64,000 nt of DNA. It comes from Planctomycetota bacterium. Its GTDB lineage: Bacteria > Planctomycetota > UBA1135 > UBA2386. Both the position numbers and the translations under genes were made by a program. The DNA lies in the NCBI GenBank assembly GCA_041178545.1, contig JBEGVB010000009.1:33276-97275 (forward strand). The letters are read 5' to 3'. Shown here piece by piece: positions 1-7,003 of the stretch (its first letter is position 1; each line of letters starts with the position of its first letter). The notes under the pieces were generated by a model that worked only from the letters and a program-made list of their open reading frames with translations, did no database searches and was not told the DNA's origin.

Positions 1-88
1 CCGGTGGGTGCGGCGCCGAGGCCGTCGAAGCGGACCACGGTCTTGGGCGGCACACTCATGTTGTGCAGCAACTCGGGTTGCTCCGGGT

Positions 89-1474
89 TCATGCGGCCCC
101 CAGTCGCTGGTCGGTGGCAGCGAATGCGCCGAAGGCGGCCTCGACGTCGGCAGGCGTTGCCAGCTTCTTGCCGGCGAACAGCGAGACGACCGCGTTGGCC
201 TGCAGGTGGGCGCGAGGCTGGGCCGGGTCGAGCCTGGACAGCAGGTCCTTCAGCCGGTTCCACGCCTCGTGCCGCGAGCTCTTGCCGTCGAGGGCCTCGC
301 TGAAGACGGGCGTCGACGCGATCCGTGCATAGCTGTCCCCGGCCTGCGCAGCCAGGGCTGCGTTGAGGCGCCCGATGGCACCCGTCTCGAACAGGTGGAC
401 CACTGCAGCCTCGCGGGCCCCGTGTGGCAACAATGCGAGCACGTCGCCGGTGACGCGGGAGAACTCCTCGCGGGGCAGGCCGGGTGCGCCGACCGCCAGC
501 CGCAGCCGCTCGACCGGGTCGCGTGCGCAGAGGATGGCGTGCAGCGGGTTGTCGTGCTCGAGGACTGCAGCCTTGGAGGCCTCGCGGTGGGCGATCAGGA
601 CCTTGGTCTCGGGCACCGGGATCCCCTGTGCACGCTGGGGGATCGAGCAACGCAGGGCCACGAGCGCGGCATGTTTGGCCGTGGACTCCGGGTCGAGCGC
701 TCGCGTCGCCGCACCCACTGCAATCACCGCGCGGTGCAGCATCCCCGCGCGACGGGCACTGAGTTCGATGCCTGCCTGCGCGAGCAGGGAGCAGACCAGC
801 GAGACGTATTGAGCGACCTGCTCACGGAACGCCTCACTCGTGCCGGCAACCAGCCTGCGCGTGTGGTCCAGCGCGGAGCGCAGGCCTGCCGCGCCGGTGC
901 CGTCCTGCACGTGCTCTGCCGCACGGATGAGTGCCACCCGGTCCGCTGGCGTGAAGTCGCGCCAGTCCGGCATGCTGACGACGTAGCCGAACCGGTCGGC
1001 GAGCGCGGCATCGAGCGGTTCGGAGCCCGAGTAGCCGTTGTCCGCGTCCTCGCCCGAGGGCGGGTTCATCGCGGCCCAGCGGTGCACGAGCCCCTCGAGC
1101 TCGATCCCCTGCACACGCCTCTCGTGCACGATGGGGAACAGCTTGTTCTGCACCTCCGGCCGGCAGCGGCTCACCTCGTCGAACACCACGGCGCCCGCGC
1201 CCCAGATCGTGGCGGGGGTGCGCACGTACTCGAGACCGCCTTGCGGCGTGGGCAGCGGGAAGCCGACCAGGTCGTCGAAGTTGAGGAGGCTCGCGTTGTA
1301 GTGCCGGAACGGGAGCCCGAGCGCCTCGGCAATGCGCGTGAGCAACAGGGTCTTGGCGGTCCCGTGCGGGCCGATCAACAAGAGCGGCGTCTCGGTGGCG
1401 AGTGCCGCGAGGATGGGGGCCTCCAGCGAGGCCAGGCCGACGATCCCGAGTCGGCCGAACAGTCCGGAGTGCAT
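89..1474 (-). CDS. MoxR-like AAA+ ATPase with ~250-aa unassigned helical C-terminal extension
   Basis: 461-aa ORF. Walker A GPHGTAKT, Walker B VVFDEVSRC and AAMNPP...LDAALADRF region as in MoxR/AAA_5 ATPases. Stop TGA at 89-91. Confidence 0.8.
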   Translation of the reverse strand: MHSGLFGRLGIVGLASLEAPILAALATETPLLLIGPHGTAKTLLLTRIAEALGLPFRHYNASLLNFDDLVGFPLPTPQGGLEYVRTPATIWGAGAVVFDEVSRCRPEVQNKLFPIVHERRVQGIELEGLVHRWAAMNPPSGEDADNGYSGSEPLDAALADRFGYVVSMPDWRDFTPADRVALIRAAEHVQDGTGAAGLRSALDHTRRLVAGTSEAFREQVAQYVSLVCSLLAQAGIELSARRAGMLHRAVIAVGAATRALDPESTAKHAALVALRCSIPQRAQGIPVPETKVLIAHREASKAAVLEHDNPLHAILCARDPVERLRLAVGAPGLPREEFSRVTGDVLALLPHGAREAAVVHLFETGAIGRLNAALAAQAGDSYARIASTPVFSEALDGKSSRHEAWNRLKDLLSRLDPAQPRAHLQANAVVSLFAGKKLATPADVEAAFGAFAATDQRLGAA

Positions 1475-1587
1475 GGTGCGTCTCTCCCGTCCCGATGCCG
1501 CTTGCGCGGCAGGCCCGGACGGAAGGGCGCAACCGACGCTTTAGCTGCACTTGGTGAGTCGCCCGCAAGTGGTCTTAAATCGGCGAC

Positions 1588-1801
1588 GCCGGCACTTCGC
1601 GGTGGCCTGCAGACCGGCACGCAGGGCAGGGATCAGCCATGCCATGGGGTCGCTTCCCGTTTGCTTGCTGCAGGAGATCCTGCAGCCGCACTCGCGAAGG
1701 CGATCCACCTTGCCCGGGAGGCAGGTTGGCATGGGCGTGAGCCCAACTCTTCGTGCGGGGAGAAGCCTAGCACGCGGCGCCGCCCCTGTCGCGCCTTTTT
1801 T
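1588..1801 (+). ncRNA. candidate structured leader or small RNA ending in an intrinsic terminator
   Basis: Lies in a 409-nt divergent intergenic region. Hairpins at 1667-1686 (GCTGCAGG-AGAT-CCTGCAGC), 1707-1726 (7 bp plus bulge) and 1732-1745 (TGGGC-GTGA-GCCCA, GNRA loop). Terminator-like stem 1776-1795 is followed by T6. Possible promoter TTGGTG (1551-1556), 18 nt spacer, TTAAAT (1575-1580). The 5' end is a guess. Confidence 0.3.
1776..1801 (+). terminator. rho-independent-like terminator (GGCGC, 10-nt loop, GCGCC, TTTTTT)
   Basis: 5-bp GC stem 1776-1780/1791-1795 followed by a six-T run at 1796-1801. T runs are very rare in this GC-rich window. Confidence 0.35.
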
Positions 1802-1883
1802 CTGCAACGTGTTGCCCCGGACGGTCTGCACGGCGCGGCGTGCGGTACGCTCGCGCCCGTCCCACCGAAGAAAGGCGTCTCCC

Positions 1884-3533
1884 ATGCTGCGTCCTTCCCG
1901 CCTCCTCTGCGTCTCGTTGCTCGCGCTCGCGGCGGCACCCACGGGCAGCCTGCGCGCCCAGTCCAACGCCGTTGCTGGCCGGGACCTGATGCTGGTCAAC
2001 ACGTGGGCGCTGGAGCAGTACCAGCGCGTCGGGACCTACCCGAACGGCCGTGGCGCGATGGGTGCATGGACCACGGTGTGCAACCGCGGCACGGCGCCCA
2101 TCCCGTTCACCGCGGCAATGAACCCGGACCACTCGTTCATCCACTACATGGTGTGCCGCGAGTCGGACGGCCGCTTCGTCCAGATCTCGAGTCGCGGCGG
2201 CGTGAAGCACACGTTCGGTTCCAGCAACGACCCCAGCACCTGCGGTTCGTGTGCGGGGCCGGGCAACTACAACCAGGTCGAGGTCGGTTGCTCGGACACG
2301 TACGCCAACTACCAGGCCGTCGACCACTACTGGCTCGGCCCGCCCGACGAGGTCGACCCGTGGCTCGGCACGTGGGTCCCACAGTGCTCGTTCTTCGACC
2401 GCGGTGAGCCTGCGGTCAGCCCGGCGCAGGCTTGCGACGGCATCCGCAGCCTGACCCAGTCGCAGGCCTCGGCCCTCAACGCGACGGTGAACCACCAGTC
2501 CTCCGTGCACGATGCCGACTGGCTGGTGCCGGGTGCCCAGTTCTACTACCTGTCGGGTTACATCTGCCCCGGCGAGCCCGAGATCAACCGCCTCAACACG
2601 ATGGCTTCCCGCGGCGTCGTGCCGACGTGGAACGGCACGCGGTGGCAGTTCGCGGACACGGGCTTCTACATCAACGGCACGATCCTGCAGCGCTGGTCCG
2701 GAGCCACGGTGACGTCCGCCACCAACGGCAACGACGACGGCCGCTTCTACGTGGCCGTGAAGGTGACCGGCCCCGTGAACGGGCTGTACCGCTACGAGTA
2801 CGCGATCCACAACCGCGACAACGACCGTGGCCTCGGTGCGTTCCGCATCCCGGTCTGCCCCCAGGCGCGCGTGGTCAACCTCGGCTTCCGTGACATCGAC
2901 CAGGACCCGCTGAACCAGTGGACGGCAGCACGCAGCGGTGCCGAGATCACCTTCACCACCAACGGCAACCCGCTCCGCTGGAACGCACTCTTCAACTTCT
3001 GGTTCGAGAGTGACGCGGCCCCGGTGGTGGGCCAGGCGTTGTCGCTCGACCAGCACGACATCGGCCCGGGTGCGCTCACCGTGCAGGTGCAGGGCACTGC
3101 GCCGCTCGGCCTGTACAACCAGGTCCTCGGCGCTGGTTGCGGCAGCCCGGTGCCACCCGTGCTCTACGGAGCAGGTGCCCCGGCGCGTGCAACGATCGGC
3201 AACGCGTCGTTCAGCCTGGGCTGCAGCGGCAATCCCGTGGGCGTGCCCGTCGGCTTCGTGATGAGTTTCAGCCAGGGCAGCACGCAGCTCGCAGCCGGCT
3301 GCACCCTCTACTCGTCGAGCCTGGCCACGGCCAGCAGCCCGATCATGGCTGTGAGCGATGCTGCAGGCACGGCAGGCGCGAGCCTTGCAGTGCCCAACAG
3401 TCCCTCGCTCGAGGGGATGTCCCTCGACTTCCAGGCATTCAACCTGCGCACGGGTGGGGCCCTGCTCTCGGCCTTCGACCTGAGCAATGGCTTGCGCGTG
3501 CGCGTTGGCAACCTCGTGAGCGGCTGCCCGTAG
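1884..3533 (+). CDS. secreted Cys-rich protein of unknown function
   Basis: Internal ATG at 1884 (codon 112 of ORF 1551..3533) gives signal peptide MLRPSRLLCVSLLALAAAPTGSLRAQ, with AAAGG 7 nt upstream. About 13 Cys. No family recognised. Confidence 0.7.
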   Translation: MLRPSRLLCVSLLALAAAPTGSLRAQSNAVAGRDLMLVNTWALEQYQRVGTYPNGRGAMGAWTTVCNRGTAPIPFTAAMNPDHSFIHYMVCRESDGRFVQISSRGGVKHTFGSSNDPSTCGSCAGPGNYNQVEVGCSDTYANYQAVDHYWLGPPDEVDPWLGTWVPQCSFFDRGEPAVSPAQACDGIRSLTQSQASALNATVNHQSSVHDADWLVPGAQFYYLSGYICPGEPEINRLNTMASRGVVPTWNGTRWQFADTGFYINGTILQRWSGATVTSATNGNDDGRFYVAVKVTGPVNGLYRYEYAIHNRDNDRGLGAFRIPVCPQARVVNLGFRDIDQDPLNQWTAARSGAEITFTTNGNPLRWNALFNFWFESDAAPVVGQALSLDQHDIGPGALTVQVQGTAPLGLYNQVLGAGCGSPVPPVLYGAGAPARATIGNASFSLGCSGNPVGVPVGFVMSFSQGSTQLAAGCTLYSSSLATASSPIMAVSDAAGTAGASLAVPNSPSLEGMSLDFQAFNLRTGGALLSAFDLSNGLRVRVGNLVSGCP

Positions 3534-3552
3534 TCGGGATGGCGACGGCACC

Positions 3553-3975
3553 GTGAAGCTCAGGATCCTCGCCGTCGGCAAGCTCAAGGACACCGCGCTC
3601 GAGGCGCTGGTGGCGGAGTGGACCAAGCGTTCGCGGTCCTTCCTGCCGGTCGAGCTCCTCCACGTCCGAGACATGGCTGCACTGCGGGCGAAGGCCGTCA
3701 CGCCGCACATCGTGCTGGACGAGCGCGGGACGCAGCCGAGCAGCACGGAACTTGCCGGCTGGCTCCGCAGCTACCGCGACCGTTCGGTGCGGCAACTCGA
3801 CTTCCTGGTGGCGGACGCCCACGGGTTCGAGGACGCCGACCGGTCTGGTGCCGACCGCGTGCTGTCGCTCTCGCGCCTCACCCTCCCGCACCGGTTGGCG
3901 CAGGTCCTGCTGGTGGAGCAGCTCTACCGGGCGGGGACCATCCTCGCAGGCCACCCGTACCACCACGACGGCTGA
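3553..3975 (+). CDS. rlmH: 23S rRNA (pseudouridine1915-N3)-methyltransferase RlmH (SPOUT)
   Basis: 140-aa ORF with GTG start. MKLRILAVGKLK..., LDERG..., LTLPHRLAQVLLVEQLYRA...GHPYHH match RlmH over its full length. Confidence 0.9.
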   Translation: MKLRILAVGKLKDTALEALVAEWTKRSRSFLPVELLHVRDMAALRAKAVTPHIVLDERGTQPSSTELAGWLRSYRDRSVRQLDFLVADAHGFEDADRSGADRVLSLSRLTLPHRLAQVLLVEQLYRAGTILAGHPYHHDG

Positions 3976-3984
3976 GTCCGTGGG

Positions 3985-5049
3985 TCAGTTGCGCCTGCGG
4001 CCGCGGCCAACCTCGCCCTCGGCAGGCTCTGGCAGGTCGGGTGCGAACACTACGCGCAGCGCAGGCCTGACTGCGCGCAACCGCGTCACCGCCTCGGCAC
4101 CCACTCTCGACTGCCACACGTGCACGCTCTCGAGTGCAGTGGCTGCAACCAGTGCGTCCATGGCCGCATCGCCTGCCTGTGTGGCAAACAGGTTGAGCGT
4201 GCGCAGCTGCGCCAAGGCCGCGACCGCGCGCACCGTCTCGTCGCCGACCGACGTCTCGCGCAGGTCGAGTTCCACCAGCCGGGACATCGAGGCCAGCACC
4301 TTGGCCGAGGCATCGGTCACCTTGGTGCGACCGAGGTCCAGCACCGCCACGTTGGGGGCGACCGCGGCAAGCACGGCCACCACGGCATCGGTGGTGGCGG
4401 GCTCGTTGCCGAGGAAGCTCACCCGCAGCAGCGGGCTGTCGTGTGCGACCGGTCCGAACTGTGCCTTGCCCTCGAGCTCCCGCAGCACGGACAGGTCGAC
4501 GGGCGCGAGGCCCTTGGCAAGGTCGGTCCAGAACGTCTCGGCACCGCTCCCGTTGGCCGGTGCTCCTGCCCGTTTCGTCCCGTCCTTGGCGCCTGCGGCC
4601 GCCGCCGTGGCGGGGGCGCTGCCCTCCCAGCTGCCGAACATGGATGCCGTGTCCTTTGCCGAGGCGATCCACTGCTTCAGCACGTCCTTCTCGCGTGCCG
4701 ACAGCGCCGCCTTCTTGTCCTTGGGCGGCATGCGGTCCTCGTCGTCGTCGGGCAACGAGACGACTTGGTGGAGTTCACTCTCGTCGGGCTTGCCAGCCAC
4801 CAGCACGGGCTTGCCGCGCCGGCCGGCAAGGATCCCTGCGCGCGTGTCGAGTGCGAGGCCGGCCTTGGGCCGCACCTGCTTGCCGGATGCGTCGGTGTGG
4901 GCCGTGCGGTGGCACTCCACACAGTGCTTCTGCAGGATGGGCAGGACGGAGCGCTCGAAGTCGACACCCTGCGCAGCGAGCGGCAGCGCGAGCAGTGCTG
5001 CTGCGACCACGGTGGCAGATGGGTGCCGACCTCGGCGGGGCACGGTCAC
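3985..5049 (-). CDS. PSCyt1 (planctomycete cytochrome c, CxxCH) domain protein with C-terminal leucine-rich repeats
   Basis: 354 aa. Signal peptide, then VLPILQKHCVECH...GKPDESEL...DRMPPKDKKAALSAREKDVLKQWI (PSCyt1). C-terminal LRR-like repeats (LDLGRTKVTDA..LVELDLRETSVGDE..LRTLNLFATQAGD). Confidence 0.8.
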   Translation of the reverse strand: MTVPRRGRHPSATVVAAALLALPLAAQGVDFERSVLPILQKHCVECHRTAHTDASGKQVRPKAGLALDTRAGILAGRRGKPVLVAGKPDESELHQVVSLPDDDEDRMPPKDKKAALSAREKDVLKQWIASAKDTASMFGSWEGSAPATAAAAGAKDGTKRAGAPANGSGAETFWTDLAKGLAPVDLSVLRELEGKAQFGPVAHDSPLLRVSFLGNEPATTDAVVAVLAAVAPNVAVLDLGRTKVTDASAKVLASMSRLVELDLRETSVGDETVRAVAALAQLRTLNLFATQAGDAAMDALVAATALESVHVWQSRVGAEAVTRLRAVRPALRVVFAPDLPEPAEGEVGRGRRRN

Positions 5050-5663
5050 TCCCCGCGGCCGCGGCCGCCGGCAGGGTCAGCGGCAGGAGTGCCACCCTCG
5101 GGCTTCTGGCCGGTGGGCTTCTCGCCTCGCGCCGGCGTCTCGCCCGTGGGCTTGCCACGAGCAGGCACCTCGCCCTTGCGAGGCGTTTCCTTGGTGCCCT
5201 CCTCGGTCTTCTTCTCCTCGGCCTTCTTGGCGCCACCGCTGGGCTTGCCCTCCCAGGTGCCGAACATCTTCTCGACGTCGCTGGCACCTGCGATCCAGTT
5301 CTTCAGGACCTCCTTGTCCGCGGCGGACAGCGCAGCCTTCTTGTCCTTGGGCGGCATGCGGTCCTCGTCCTCGTCCGGCAGGGTGACCACCTCGTAGAGC
5401 TCGCTCTGCTCAGGCTTGCCCGCGACGATCACGGGCTTCTTCTTGCGGCCCGCCATGATGCCGGCCTTGGTGTCGAGCACGAGGCCGCCCTTGGGGCGAA
5501 CCTTCTTGCCGTTCTCGTCGACGTACTCGGTGCGGTGGCACTCGACGCAGTTCTTCTCGAGGATCGGCAGCACGTGGGTCTCGAACGAGACGGCCTTGTC
5601 CTGGGCGGCGAGGGGAGCGAGGGCCGCAGCGAGGGCGGCCAGCGAGAGCAGGTGGGTCTTCAT
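5046..5663 (-). CDS. small secreted PSCyt1 (CxxCH) domain protein with Lys/Glu/Pro-rich tail
   Basis: Internal ATG at 5663 gives MKTHLLSLAALAAALAPLAAQ signal peptide, then VLPILEKNCVECH...DRMPPKDKKAALSAADKEVLKNWI. Overlaps the next gene by 4 nt. The upstream part of ORF 5046..6158 was rejected. Confidence 0.8.
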   Translation of the reverse strand: MKTHLLSLAALAAALAPLAAQDKAVSFETHVLPILEKNCVECHRTEYVDENGKKVRPKGGLVLDTKAGIMAGRKKKPVIVAGKPEQSELYEVVTLPDEDEDRMPPKDKKAALSAADKEVLKNWIAGASDVEKMFGTWEGKPSGGAKKAEEKKTEEGTKETPRKGEVPARGKPTGETPARGEKPTGQKPEGGTPAADPAGGRGRGE

Positions 5664-5677
5664 GGGGTTTCTCGGGG

Positions 5678-6982
5678 TCATGCGAACAGCGACACGACGG
5701 GCTGGCCCTTGTCTGCGACCTTGAAGGGCCGCCCGCTGGGAGCCATTACGACATGGTCCAAGGGCAGGCCAAGGGCGTACGCAATCGTTGCATTGAAGTC
5801 CTGGATGCCCACCGGTTCGCCGGTGACCTCGCGGCCCTGCGCGTCCGTGGCACCGTGCACGTGGCCGCGCTTGACGCCGCCACCCGCGAGCAGGGCGCTG
5901 AAGGCCTTGGGGTAGTGGTTGCGGCCGTTGTTGCCGGTGATCTCCGGCGTGCGGCCGAACTCGGTGGCAAGGACCACGAGCGTCCGGTCCAACAGGCCCC
6001 GCGCATCGAGGTCGGCAAGGAGCGCAGCGACCCCACGGTCGACTGCAGGCAGCTTTTCCTCCAACTCGTCGAAGTTGTCGTTGTGGGTGTCCCAACCATC
6101 GGCCACCACCTCCACGTACCGCACGCCGTGCTCGACCAGGCGGCGCGCGAGGAGGCACCCGCGGCCGAACGCCCCGTCGCCGTAGGCCGTGCGGACCGAC
6201 TCGGGCTCGCGCTCGGTGTCGAACGCGGCCAGGTCGCTGGAGCGCATGAGGCGCACGGCGTCCTCGTACATCTCCGAGTAGGCGCGCACCTCACGGCCCC
6301 GGTAGCGTTCCTCGAACGCCTGGTTGGCGGCGGCGAGCCGCTCGAGGCGGGTCGTGAAGCGGCTGTCGTCGATGCCGTTCGGCAGCTTCGAGTTCTGCAG
6401 CCCGCGGCTCGCGTCGCCGATGGGCAGTGCCTGGAACTGCGGCGGGAAGAACCCGCTGGTCGGCATGTTGTTGCCGCCGACCACCACGTGGCCGGGCAGC
6501 GTCGGGTTGAGCTTGCCCGCCATGCGGTTGGCCCAGGCGCCGAGACTCGGGTGCTGGATGGTTCCCCGCAGGTCGTAGCTGGTGCGCATCAGGTACTGGG
6601 CCTGTGCATGGGCCCCTTGCGTCGAGCTCAGCGAGCGGACGAGGCAGGCCTTGTCCATCTGGCGCGCGAGGAACGGCAGGTGCTGGCTGAGCTGGATGCC
6701 GTCGGCACGGGTCGCGATGGCCTCCACCGGTCCCTGGGTGGGTGAGCCCGGCTTCGGGTCCAGGGTGTCGATCTGCGACATGCCGCCGCGCATGAAGAGG
6801 TAGATGACGTGGCGTGCGCGTGCGTGCTCGAGCAGCGGTGGCCCCGTCACCGGGTCCTGGCCGAGCAGCATCCCGGTGGGCGAGGACGTGGCACGCAGTC
6901 CGAGGAATGCAGCCGCCGCACCCTGGACGAATGCCCTGCGCGACGCAAGCGAGCGGGCAAAGGGAAGGGATCGAAGGTTCAT
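5678..6982 (-). CDS. DUF1501 (sulfatase-fold) protein with TAT-type signal
   Basis: 434 aa. N-terminus MNLRSLPFARSLASRRAFVQGAAAAFLG. Full-length resemblance to the DUF1501 family (GGMSQIDTLDPKP..., WDTHNDNF..., GEFGRTP...GRNHYPKAF). Confidence 0.9.
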   Translation of the reverse strand: MNLRSLPFARSLASRRAFVQGAAAAFLGLRATSSPTGMLLGQDPVTGPPLLEHARARHVIYLFMRGGMSQIDTLDPKPGSPTQGPVEAIATRADGIQLSQHLPFLARQMDKACLVRSLSSTQGAHAQAQYLMRTSYDLRGTIQHPSLGAWANRMAGKLNPTLPGHVVVGGNNMPTSGFFPPQFQALPIGDASRGLQNSKLPNGIDDSRFTTRLERLAAANQAFEERYRGREVRAYSEMYEDAVRLMRSSDLAAFDTEREPESVRTAYGDGAFGRGCLLARRLVEHGVRYVEVVADGWDTHNDNFDELEEKLPAVDRGVAALLADLDARGLLDRTLVVLATEFGRTPEITGNNGRNHYPKAFSALLAGGGVKRGHVHGATDAQGREVTGEPVGIQDFNATIAYALGLPLDHVVMAPSGRPFKVADKGQPVVSLFA

Positions 6983-7003
6983 CGCATCACCTCTTGGTCG
7001 GAC

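Noticed and set aside
1-59. Partial ORF on the - strand starting ATG at 59 (MSVPPKTVVRFDGLGAAPT...)
   Set aside because: Only 19 codons are visible, the nearest GGAG is about 21 nt away so there is no clear RBS, and no motif is present. It is mentioned in a finding but is too weak to list as a feature.
8-2407. 799-aa + ORF, plus similar long ORFs at 1767..3746(-), 6809..9454(+), 9112..11496(-), 31372..33057(-), 34577..37669(+), 37938..40430(+), 43781..46993(-), 49696..51852(-) and 58595..60898(+)
   Set aside because: Each lies antisense or out of frame to a gene with recognisable family motifs. None shows motifs of its own. They are high-GC shadow ORFs.
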